A stretch of DNA of 33,742 nt from Candidatus Eiseniibacteriota bacterium (lineage in GTDB: Bacteria; Eisenbacteria; RBG-16-71-46): NCBI GenBank assembly GCA_044222065.1, contig JBGAOA010000046.1, positions 1-33,742 on the forward strand, in the 5' to 3' direction. Under the pieces are notes generated by a model that worked only from the letters and a program-made list of their open reading frames with translations, did not search any database and was not told where the DNA came from. How positions within the stretch are numbered: the first letter of the stretch is position 1; the number at the start of each line of letters is the position of its first letter. A program made the translations under genes and the position numbers. Positions 25,651-33,742 of the stretch are shown piece after piece.

Positions 25651-27056
25651 GCATCGCCCGCCGGCACGGAGCCGCCGCCCTCGCGCTGTTCGCGATCGCG
25701 CTCGCCGCGTTCGCCGCGCCCGCGGCCGCCGCGTGGCGTCCCTCGGGGTTCCTGATCGGCGGTTACCACTACACGCGCGATCACGACCCGGCGAGCCGCT
25801 TCGACGCGCGCCCGCTCGTCGAGCTGGACGCCGCGGGGCTCGACCTCGTCGTGAGCGGCGGGCACTACGACTCGACCGAGGCCCGATGGACCGTCCGCAT
25901 GCTCGATTCCCTGCGTGCGCGGCGCCCCGGGTTCCGACTGCGGACGATCGTGCACTACATGCTGCCCTGGAACCCGGGCATCGTGAGCGTGAACCCTGCG
26001 GTTGCCTCGAACGCGCCCGCGATCCGCGCGGCGCTGCAACCGGAGTGGGGAATCAACGGACCTTCGGTCGAGGGCTACATGGTCTGGGACGAACCCGTGC
26101 GCCCGGAACACTTCGAGAACGCCGGCCTGCTCTCGGCGCTGATCGACACGCTCCCGGCGACGCGCGGCAAACTCGCGTTCGTGAACCTGCTGCCGATCTA
26201 CGCGCACGGGCAGCCCGCCTACGACGCGTCGTTCGGCCCGGACAAGGTGCCCGCCTACGAACGCTACCTCGACCGCTACCTGTCGCTCTTCGACGCCGCA
26301 CCCGATCCGGCGCCGCTCCTCTGCGTGGACCACTACCCGTTCGAGACGGCGCCCGAGCGGCGCGACTTCTACCTGAACCTGCGGCTCATGCGCGAGGCGG
26401 TGGAACGCCACCGGCGGCCGGACGCGGAGACTCCGATGTGGCTCGTGCTGCAGATCGCGCCGGCCCGCACTCCGTCGCGCGCCTACGCCACGTCGCCGAC
26501 GCTCGCGCAGATTCGCGCGCAGGCGAGCGCGGCGCTCGCGTACGGCGTGAAGGGGCTGTTGTACTGGACGCTCGTTCCGGGCGTCAGCGACCACTACGGG
26601 CCGGGCCTGCTCGACGAGCGCGGATCGCGTTCATCGAAATTCGCGGGGCTCGCGCGGCTGAACCGCGATCTGCACGCGCTCGGTCGCGAACTCGCGAAGC
26701 TCGATCCCGTCGCGGCGTACCACCAGGACGTGCGCGGCGAGGAGGGGCTCGAGCGCGATGCGCTCGCGAGTCCCGAGCGCTCGCGCGAACTCGTCGCGGA
26801 CGTCATGGGCGGCGCCGGTCGGGGCCTCGTCGGCTGGCTGCGGGAGCGCGGGACGGGGACCGACCATCTGTTCGTCGTCAACAAGGACCGTGCGCGCTCG
26901 CGGCGCTTCACGGTCGCGCTGACGCCGCGCGTTCGCGCGGTGACGCGCCTCGGCACGGCGCGTCCGGAGCCGGTGACGCTCGGCGCCGACCGCCGGACGT
27001 TCGCGACGCCGCTCCTCGCGCCCGGCGCCGGCGCGCTGTTTCGAATCGAGCGCTGA
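25647..27056 (+). CDS. Secreted hypothetical protein, probable TIM-barrel glycoside hydrolase-like fold with C-terminal beta domain
   Basis: TTGA overlap with the upstream GT. Signal peptide ending AAAA. GYMVWDEP, FVNLLP, LCVDHYPF, PMW.VLQ, ALAYGVKGLLYW. Beta-rich C-terminus (LFVVN…LAPGAGALFRI). Confidence 0.6.
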   Translation: MSIARRHGAAALALFAIALAAFAAPAAAAWRPSGFLIGGYHYTRDHDPASRFDARPLVELDAAGLDLVVSGGHYDSTEARWTVRMLDSLRARRPGFRLRTIVHYMLPWNPGIVSVNPAVASNAPAIRAALQPEWGINGPSVEGYMVWDEPVRPEHFENAGLLSALIDTLPATRGKLAFVNLLPIYAHGQPAYDASFGPDKVPAYERYLDRYLSLFDAAPDPAPLLCVDHYPFETAPERRDFYLNLRLMREAVERHRRPDAETPMWLVLQIAPARTPSRAYATSPTLAQIRAQASAALAYGVKGLLYWTLVPGVSDHYGPGLLDERGSRSSKFAGLARLNRDLHALGRELAKLDPVAAYHQDVRGEEGLERDALASPERSRELVADVMGGAGRGLVGWLRERGTGTDHLFVVNKDRARSRRFTVALTPRVRAVTRLGTARPEPVTLGADRRTFATPLLAPGAGALFRIER

Positions 27057-27077
27057 GCCGCGAGCTCGCGCCCGCGT

Positions 27078-27106
27078 TTGACCGGCGCGGGGCCGCCTCG
27101 CATCTT
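27078..27106 (+). promoter_or_regulatory. Sigma70-type promoter, leaderless geometry
   Basis: TTGACC(27078-27083)-N17-CATCTT(27101-27106)-N8-ATG(27115). No SD sequence. Confidence 0.6.
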
Positions 27107-27114
27107 GTGCCGCC

Positions 27115-27780
27115 ATGACCGCCGTTCCGCGCCCCCGCCAGCGCATCGTGCCGTTCAAGTTCACCCACTTGCGGCGCCGTTTTGGTTCCCGTCCGTTCCG
27201 GCTGCTCGACGTCGGCGCCGGCAACCACTCCGCGACGCTCGCGAAGGCGTGCTTCCCGGCGTGCCGGTATTCGGGCATCGACCGGCAGCGCGCGTACAAC
27301 AACGACGCCGCCGACTTCGACGCGATGGACGAGTTCTTCGAACTCGACCTGACGACGCTCGAGTTCGGCGCGATCCCGGACGGCGCGTACGACGTCGTGA
27401 TGCTCGCGCACGTGATCGAGCACCTGCACAACGGCGACGACGTGCTTCGCGCGCTCGTCCCGAAACTGGCGCCCGGCGGGATCCTGTACGCGGAGTTCCC
27501 GGGCCCGCGCAGCCTGCACCTGCCTTCGATGCGCGGCACGCTCAACTTCCACGACGACGACACGCACGTCCGCGTGTTCACGGCGCGGGAAGTCGCGGGC
27601 GTGCTCGAGGGCTCGGGGCTCACGGTGCTGAAGAGCGGCACGCGCCGCGACTGGCGCGGCATCGTGCTCCTTCCGCTCAAGATCGCGCACGCGTACTGGC
27701 GCTTCCGCTACATCCCGGGCAGCGCGTTCTGGGACGTGCTCGGGTTCGCGGACTTCGTGCTGGCGGAGCGCCGGAACTGA
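27115..27780 (+). CDS. Class I SAM-dependent methyltransferase
   Basis: LLDVGAGN, SGID, YDVV.L.HVIEHL, L.PGG.LY.E.P. Confidence 0.85.
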   Translation: MTAVPRPRQRIVPFKFTHLRRRFGSRPFRLLDVGAGNHSATLAKACFPACRYSGIDRQRAYNNDAADFDAMDEFFELDLTTLEFGAIPDGAYDVVMLAHVIEHLHNGDDVLRALVPKLAPGGILYAEFPGPRSLHLPSMRGTLNFHDDDTHVRVFTAREVAGVLEGSGLTVLKSGTRRDWRGIVLLPLKIAHAYWRFRYIPGSAFWDVLGFADFVLAERRN

Positions 27781-27813
27781 CGGCGGTGCCCGCCGGCCTC
27801 GGGGCGACGCTCG

Positions 27814-27842
27814 TTGCCCTCGGCCTCGCGCTCTCCTAACTT
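27814..27842 (+). promoter_or_regulatory. Sigma70-type promoter, leaderless geometry, for wcaJ
   Basis: TTGCCC(27814-27819)-N17-TAACTT(27837-27842)-N6-GTG(27849). The upstream sequence is pyrimidine-rich with no SD. Confidence 0.65.
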
Positions 27843-27848
27843 CCCTCC

Positions 27849-29246
27849 GTGCTCGCCCGCCACCAGCAGCTGTTCGCGACCGCGATCTTCGTCCTCGACG
27901 GCGTCGTGCTCGCGCTCGCGTGGCTCGCGGCCTACTGGACGCGCTTCCACTGGCCCGGCTGGCAGGCGCCGCTCGGCGTGCCGCCGCTCTCGCTCTATCT
28001 GTGGTTCGGCGCGGTGCTCACTCCGGTCGCGCTGCTGATCCTGCGCACGTTCCAGCTCTACCGCTCGTCGCGCACGGCGCGGCTGTCGCAGGAGCTGTTC
28101 GCGCTCGTCCAGGGCGTGGTCGCGGTGACGGCGCTCGCGGCGCTCGCCTCGTTCTTCGCGCGCGGCGAGCTGTCGCGCACCGTGCTCGCGCTGTTCGCGG
28201 GCTACGCGATCGTGGCGCTCGTCACGACGCGGCTCGTCGTGCGCCTGCTGCTGCGCACGGCCCGCCGCCGCGGCTACAACCTGCGGCACGTGCTCGTCGT
28301 CGGCACGGGCGAGCTCGCGCGGCAGGTCGTCGAGAAGCTCGGCGCGCATCCGGACTTCGGTCTCGCGATCCGCGGCGTCGTCGCGGTGGACGCCGCCGAG
28401 GTCGGCGGCTCCGTCGCGGGCCACACAGTCGTGGGCTCGATCGCCGACCTGCCGCGGCTCGTCGAGCAGAGCGGCATCGACCTCGTCTACCTCGCGCTGC
28501 CGCGCGCCGAGTTCAAGGCCGAGGAGGACGCGCTCGACCGGCTCGGCGACTCGACCGCCGCGGTGCGCCTCGTGCCCGATCTCGCGCGCGCGTTCACGAT
28601 CAACGCGAGCGTCGAGGACCTGGACGGCACGCCGGTCGTGCGCGTCGCCGAGACGCCGGACCAGGGCTGGAACGGCGTGCTCAAGCGCGCGTTCGACGTC
28701 GTGTGCTCGCTCTTGGGCCTCATCGTGCTGTCGCCGGTGTTCGCCGCACTCGCGCTGTGGGTGCGAAGTGACTCGCCGGGGCCGGTGCTCTACCGGCAGG
28801 AGCGCGTCGGCATGAACGGCCGGCGCTTCGCGATGCTCAAGTTCCGCACGATGCGCCTCGACGCCGAGGCGCAAGGTCCGGGCTGGACGCGTCCCGACGA
28901 TCCGCGCCGCACGCGCTCGGGCGAGGTGCTGCGGCGTCTGTCGCTCGACGAACTGCCGCAGCTCTGGAACGTCTTGGTCGGCGACATGAGCCTGGTGGGG
29001 CCGCGCCCCGAGCGCCCGATGTACGTCGAGCAGTTCCGCGGCACGATCCCGCGCTACATGCTGCGGCACCACGTGAAGGCGGGCATCACGGGCTGGGCGC
29101 AGGTGAACGGGCTCAGGGGCGACACGCCGCTCGACCAGCGGATCGAGTACGACCTCTACTACATCCGCAACTGGTCGCTCGCCTTCGACGTGCGCATCCT
29201 GTTCCTGACGCTCGCGCGGGTCTTCCGCGACGCGAACGCGCACTGA
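27849..29246 (+). CDS. wcaJ: Undecaprenyl-phosphate glucose phosphotransferase (initiating transferase)
   Basis: Four N-terminal TMs and a CoA-binding-like domain (VLVVGTG). KR.FD, SPGPV.Y.QERVG.NG..F.M.KFRTM, SLDELPQLWNVL.GDMSLVGPRPERP, KAGITGWAQVNG.RGDT, DL.YI.NWSL..D. Confidence 0.92.
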   Translation: MLARHQQLFATAIFVLDGVVLALAWLAAYWTRFHWPGWQAPLGVPPLSLYLWFGAVLTPVALLILRTFQLYRSSRTARLSQELFALVQGVVAVTALAALASFFARGELSRTVLALFAGYAIVALVTTRLVVRLLLRTARRRGYNLRHVLVVGTGELARQVVEKLGAHPDFGLAIRGVVAVDAAEVGGSVAGHTVVGSIADLPRLVEQSGIDLVYLALPRAEFKAEEDALDRLGDSTAAVRLVPDLARAFTINASVEDLDGTPVVRVAETPDQGWNGVLKRAFDVVCSLLGLIVLSPVFAALALWVRSDSPGPVLYRQERVGMNGRRFAMLKFRTMRLDAEAQGPGWTRPDDPRRTRSGEVLRRLSLDELPQLWNVLVGDMSLVGPRPERPMYVEQFRGTIPRYMLRHHVKAGITGWAQVNGLRGDTPLDQRIEYDLYYIRNWSLAFDVRILFLTLARVFRDANAH

Positions 29247-29345
29247 GGCGCGTCGGGGGCGCGCTCTCGGGCGGTCCTCGCGATGTCGTCGGGCAACTTC
29301 GAAGCGACCGTCGCGGTTCACGATCGCGTTCTTCGGCTTCGAGCC

Positions 29346-29429
29346 GGCCGACGGGGCACCGTGCTTCCCCGGCCGACCCTGCCCGGCCCCGAAAATGATC
29401 GTCCGGGGAAGCACGGTGCCCCGTCGGCC
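29346..29429. repeat. Hairpin unit 1: perfect 27-bp inverted repeat around a conserved 30-nt core
   Basis: GGCCGACGGGGCACCGTGCTTCCCCGG (29346-29372) is the exact reverse complement of 29403-29429. The core is CCGACCCTGCCCGGCCCCGAAAATGATCGT. Confidence 0.95.
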
Positions 29430-29500
29430 TCCGTCGGTGGGATGAACGGGCTCGGCCTTCGGGTGGCGGTCCATTCGGACCTGCAGGACGAAGACGTGTT

Positions 29501-29568
29501 CGGCCGACCCCGCACCGCCCCGAAAAATGATCGTCCGGGGAAGCAGGTGCCCCGTCGGCCTTCGTCGG
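29501..29568. repeat. Unit 2: direct repeat of the unit 1 core and right arm (131-bp offset); left arm degenerate
   Basis: CGGCCGACCCCGCACCGCCCCGAAAAATGATCGTCCGGGGAAGCAGGTGCCCCGTCGGCCTTCGTCGG closely matches 29370-29437. Confidence 0.9.
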
Positions 29569-29609
29569 CGAGGCGACATGAACCACGCGTCCGGCGTCCC
29601 CGGTCCATT

Positions 29610-29704
29610 CGACCCGCACGGGCGAGCAGGGCGCTCTCCGGGACGATAACTTTTGGGGCGGGGGAGGGTCGGCCCGGAGAGCACCTGCTCGCCCGTGCGG
29701 GTCG
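29610..29704. repeat. Hairpin unit 3: ~31-bp inverted repeat with the same core in opposite orientation
   Basis: CGACCCGCACGGGCGAGCAGG(gc)GCTCTCCGGG pairs with 29673-29704 (21 bp, a small internal loop, 10 bp). The reverse complement of the core (29643-29672) matches the unit 1 core at 25/30 positions. Confidence 0.92.
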
Positions 29705-29760
29705 CGCGAGGTTGAGTGGACGAGGTCGCGCGGCCTCGGGCGTTTCGAAGCGCGCCCGAC

Positions 29761-30753
29761 TCAGACCGCGGCGCGTTTCTCGCGCTTCATCATCCACACC
29801 CGAAACGTCCCGCGCAGGAGTGCTGTGAGCGCGACGAACGGGCCGATCAGCGCGACCGGCAGGAACGCGGGCCCGAAGCGCCACTTCGCCCAGAACACCG
29901 CGGCGCCGAGCGCGTAGGCCGCGATCGGCACGATCGGCGGCACGCGCAACAGGCCCGTGAGCGCGAACGGCGTCGCCGCGGCGCCGAGCGTCGCGAGCCA
30001 CGCCGCGCGCACGAGCGGCCGGCGAACGACGAGCGGGCCCACGCGGTGCACCTCGATGCGCTCGCGGAAGCGCTCCGGATCGCGGCGCTGGAGCAGCGGG
30101 TCCATCTCGAGGCGCGTCGTCCAGCGCAGCGCGCCCATCGGCGTCGCGTGCTCGTCCGGATGCGTCACGCGCACTTCGGGCGCGCGCACGACCCGCGCGC
30201 CGCGCGCTTCGAGCCGGAAGCCGAAGTCCGAGTCCTCGCGGAAGTAGACGCGCGTGAGCGGGTCGTAGAAGTCCTCGCAGTAGCCGTTCATCGCCGCGAA
30301 CGTCGCGCGCTTCACGAACAGGTTCGTCGGCACGTAGTAGGGGAAGCGGTCGGAGGCGCGGTGGAGCGGCTTGCCGCCGGGCTTCGTCGTGCGGCCCTCG
30401 AGCGCTTCGGCCTCGGGATCGGTCGCGAGCCGCAGGAACGCGGCCGCGAGCCAGTCGTCCTCGGGCAGGCAGTCGTCCTCGGTGAACGCGAGCCACTCGG
30501 CGCCCGCGTGCGCAGCGCCGAAGTTGCGCGCCGCGCCGGGGCCGCGCGATGCCGTGCGCCGCACGAGTCGCGCGCCGAGCGCGTCGGCCGCGGCGCAGAT
30601 GCGCGCCGTCGGCTCCGCCGCGCCGAGCACGACGATCGTCTCGAAGCGCTCGCGCGGCAGCGTCTGGCGGGCGAGGGCCTCGAGCAGCTCGGGCAGTCCC
30701 GGATCGCGCCCGATCGAGGGCACGACGACCGAGAAGAACGGCGCGGCGCTCAT
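29761..30753 (-). CDS. GT2 glycosyltransferase
   Basis: FSVVVPS, L..QT, GP.AARN.G, LAFTEDDC.P..DWL, GY.EDF…EDSDFG.RL, and C-terminal TM segments. Confidence 0.88.
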   Translation of the reverse strand: MSAAPFFSVVVPSIGRDPGLPELLEALARQTLPRERFETIVVLGAAEPTARICAAADALGARLVRRTASRGPGAARNFGAAHAGAEWLAFTEDDCLPEDDWLAAAFLRLATDPEAEALEGRTTKPGGKPLHRASDRFPYYVPTNLFVKRATFAAMNGYCEDFYDPLTRVYFREDSDFGFRLEARGARVVRAPEVRVTHPDEHATPMGALRWTTRLEMDPLLQRRDPERFRERIEVHRVGPLVVRRPLVRAAWLATLGAAATPFALTGLLRVPPIVPIAAYALGAAVFWAKWRFGPAFLPVALIGPFVALTALLRGTFRVWMMKREKRAAV

Positions 30754-30777
30754 CGCGGGGGAGTCGCGGCGCGCGCG

Positions 30778-31740
<963 letters not shown>

Positions 31741-31759
31741 CTAAGACGTGCGAAGCGGC

Positions 31760-31788
31760 AAAGTACGGCCGGGCTTTCGAAAGGGCAA
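31760..31788 (-). promoter_or_regulatory. Sigma70-type promoter for fcl
   Basis: Minus strand reads TTGCCC-N17-TACTTT. A GAGAGGG RBS precedes ATG 31728. Confidence 0.65.
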
Positions 31789-31825
31789 GACTCGGCGCGG
31801 GGTGCGCGCGCCGCGCGCGCTCGCC

Positions 31826-32004
31826 AGCCCGACCGATTCATGAACGCGCGGCCTGTGAGCGCGATCTGCGCAGCATCCGCTGCGGGAATCGGCCGGCCGC
31901 TTCCTCGACGTGTATCCAACACGACTCCGTCGCAGCCGGCCGATTCCCTTGCGGGTGCCGCACCTCTCGCGCTCTCGGCTCGCGGTTCGTGAATCGGTCG
32001 GGCT
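31826..32004. repeat. ~180-bp imperfect palindrome (long hairpin; palindromic DNA element or structured RNA)
   Basis: Paired segments: 31826-31845/31985-32004 (19 of 20 plus one T-G), 31857-31864/31967-31974, 31867-31880/31951-31962, 31884-31897/31935-31948 (14 bp perfect), 31909-31913/31919-31923. Confidence 0.88.
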
Positions 32005-32015
32005 AACATGCGGCC

Positions 32016-32672
32016 GTGACCTTCGCACCGCTCACCGCTCCGCCGCGCGCGCTGCCGACGCGGCTCTACGACTGGCTGCGCGGCGTGCGCGCCGACTGGC
32101 GCGCGGCGCGCGCGCTCGCCGACCACGCGCGCGCGCCGTCGGTTCCGCCGCCGCACGCGCTCAAGGTGAGCGTGCTGCGGGACCTCGCCGCGCGCTTCGG
32201 GCTGCGCACGCTGGTCGAGACCGGCACGTTCGAGGGCGAGATGGTGCGGCGCTGCCGCGGCGCGTTCGAGCGCATCGTCTCGATCGAGCTGGACCCGGGC
32301 TACGCGGCGCGTGCGGCGCGGCGCTTCGCGGGCGACGCGGGCGTCGAGATCTGGGAAGGCGACAGCGCGGCGGTGCTGCCGGCCGTGATCGCGACGCTGC
32401 GGGGGCCCGCGCTCTACTGGCTCGACGGCCACTTCTCGGGGCCGGGCACGGCGCGCGGAGACTCGGACACGCCGCTCGCCGCCGAACTCGACGCGATCGT
32501 CCGGCGCGGCGTGCCCGGCGACGTCGTGCTCGTGGACGACGCGCGCGAACTCGGGCGCGGCGACTACCCGACGCTCGAGGACCTCGCGCGCCGCATCGCC
32601 CCGCTCCATCCCGCGGGCTCGGTCGAGGTGCGCGACGACATCGTGCGCTGCCTGCCGGCCTCGCGCGCTTGA
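32016..32672 (+). CDS. Conserved hypothetical protein, SAM-dependent methyltransferase-like fold
   Basis: LVETGT..G, SIELD, GDS..VLP, YWLDGH.SG, TPL..EL, VLVDDAR. TAACAT(32004-32009) lies 6 nt before the GTG. Confidence 0.7.
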   Translation: MTFAPLTAPPRALPTRLYDWLRGVRADWRAARALADHARAPSVPPPHALKVSVLRDLAARFGLRTLVETGTFEGEMVRRCRGAFERIVSIELDPGYAARAARRFAGDAGVEIWEGDSAAVLPAVIATLRGPALYWLDGHFSGPGTARGDSDTPLAAELDAIVRRGVPGDVVLVDDARELGRGDYPTLEDLARRIAPLHPAGSVEVRDDIVRCLPASRA

Positions 32673-32727
32673 CCGGCCGCACGCGTTCCGCGAGGCTCGC
32701 GCGCCACTTTCGAAGGAGGACTCCGCG

Positions 32728-33333
32728 ATGGCGCTGCGACTCCACGTCGGCTGCGGCACCGTGTATCTGGACGGCTACGTGAACATCGACGTCGAGGTGA
32801 AGGGCTACTCCGTGCTCGCGAGCGAGCGGCCCGATCTCGTCGAGGCGAACCGCACGACGGTCGACCGCTACTACAAGCACGAAGAATCCCAGGCGACGCT
32901 CGAAAAGGGACCGGGCCGCGTGCAGCACTGCATCGTGGACCGCTACGCGACCGTGGACCGGTTGCCCTACGAGCCCGGCGTCGTGGACGAGATCCGCACC
33001 GTGCAGGTGCTCGAGCACATTCCGTATCCCGACGTGCCGCGCGTGCTCGCGCACTGGCACTCGCTCCTCAAGCCCGGCGGCGTCTGCCACGTGGACGTGC
33101 CGGACTTCGAAGAGACCGCGCGCCAGCTGCTCGCGCAGCCCGACGAGCCGAGCAAGGACTGGTACTACCGCCTGATCTACGGCAGCCAGAAGAACGCGTA
33201 CGCGTTCCACCGGAGCGGCTTCAGCCCCGCGCGGCTCGAGCGCCTGCTCAAGGACGCGGGCTTCCGCGAGGTGCGCCACGTGCCGAACGCGATCCACTTC
33301 TATCCGGTGTGCATCGCGGAGGGGATCAAGTGA
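32728..33333 (+). CDS. Methyltransferase-domain protein (polysaccharide-locus type)
   Basis: AAGGAGGA RBS. LRLHVGCG..YLDGYVNID, VLEHI, W.SLLKPGG....VPDFE, L..LL..AGF. Confidence 0.8.
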   Translation: MALRLHVGCGTVYLDGYVNIDVEVKGYSVLASERPDLVEANRTTVDRYYKHEESQATLEKGPGRVQHCIVDRYATVDRLPYEPGVVDEIRTVQVLEHIPYPDVPRVLAHWHSLLKPGGVCHVDVPDFEETARQLLAQPDEPSKDWYYRLIYGSQKNAYAFHRSGFSPARLERLLKDAGFREVRHVPNAIHFYPVCIAEGIK

Positions 33334-33378
33334 CGCGCGGCGCGCGCGCCTGACGCGGCCCCGGATCGCGAGCGGCCC

Positions 33379-33742
33379 GTGCGCGTCTTCCTGACGATCC
33401 CCGGCAGTCCGAACCCGGCGTTCCCCTCGAGCCTGTGGCGCGCGAACCTGCACGATCCGCTCGTCGCGATGGGCCACGACGTCGTCGCGTTCGAGGACGG
33501 CGTGCAGCCGCTGTTCGACCTCGACCCCGCGGCCGAGGCGACGCGCGAGCCGCGCGCGCGCTTCAGCGCCCGCTGGCTCGAGGCGCTGAAGGCCGCCGAC
33601 GCCGCCGCGCGCGTGGACCTCGTGATCACCTACGTGAGCGGCGCGCACCTCGAGCCCGCGACGGTCGAGGACGCGCGCACGCGCATCGCGCCCGTCGTGA
33701 ACTTTTTCTGCAACAACGTGCACCAGTTCCACCTCGTCGAGC
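33379..33742 (+). CDS. Glycosyltransferase, CgeB/YkvP-like (3' end outside window)
   Basis: Not in the ORF track because it has no stop in the window. Open frame with high GC3: VRVFLTIPGS…WRANLHDPLVAMGHDVV…VDLVITY…VVNFFCNNVHQFHLVE. Confidence 0.6.
   Translation, partial: MRVFLTIPGSPNPAFPSSLWRANLHDPLVAMGHDVVAFEDGVQPLFDLDPAAEATREPRARFSARWLEALKAADAAARVDLVITYVSGAHLEPATVEDARTRIAPVVNFFCNNVHQFHLVE

Noticed and set aside
29346..29704. Repeat cluster as a CRISPR array or integron attC array
   Set aside because: There are only three degenerate cores, one is inverted, and the spacers are ~100 bp and related to one another. There are no cas genes, no RYYYAAC/GTTRRRY ends, no cassette ORFs and no integrase.
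29283..29828. 181-aa ORF (and opposite-strand ORFs with repeated LPRTIIF) across the repeat region
   Set aside because: The peptide repeats merely mirror the DNA repeats. The composition is Arg/Pro/Gly-rich, with no RBS and no family motif.
31826..32004. 6S RNA or SRP RNA
   Set aside because: The length fits 6S, but there is no large central bubble (the only sizeable internal loop is next to the apex), no SRP GGAA tetraloop motif, and no visible promoter. It is kept as an unassigned palindrome.

Overview
This is a very GC-rich bacterial window (by eye about 70% or more G+C, with strong G/C third-codon-position bias). It has three parts. (1) 1-7.4 kb: the end of a pyrimidine operon (pyrD, 5'-truncated, then pyrF); an ECF sigma factor coupled to a zinc-binding (ZAS) anti-sigma gene broken by two +1 frameshifts; an OPT-family peptide transporter; and a secreted YyaL/SSP411-like helical protein. 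(2) 7.5-33.7 kb: a large, mixed-orientation surface-polysaccharide locus that runs off the right edge. It carries nucleotide-sugar genes (gmd-like, rmd-like, fcl, ugd, rmlB, rmlC, a sugar-isomerase-type cupin), Wzx/Wzy-type assembly and export genes (WcaJ-type initiating transferase, flippase, Wzy/WaaL-family protein, SLBB export protein, kinase-less co-polymerase), five glycosyltransferases, tailoring enzymes (AsnB-type amidotransferase, deacetylase, formyltransferase, three methyltransferase-like proteins) and a secreted glycoside-hydrolase-like protein. (3) Non-coding structure not explained by the genes: a cluster of three related hairpin units with a conserved ~30-nt core and co-varying arms (29346-29704); a ~180-bp nested palindrome (31826-32004); and a repeated promoter geometry that places a -10 box 6-9 nt before start codons lacking a Shine-Dalgarno site, pointing to leaderless mRNAs for about six genes. 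I found no rRNA, tRNA, CRISPR array or transposase. All functional calls come from motif recognition by eye; no database searches were run.
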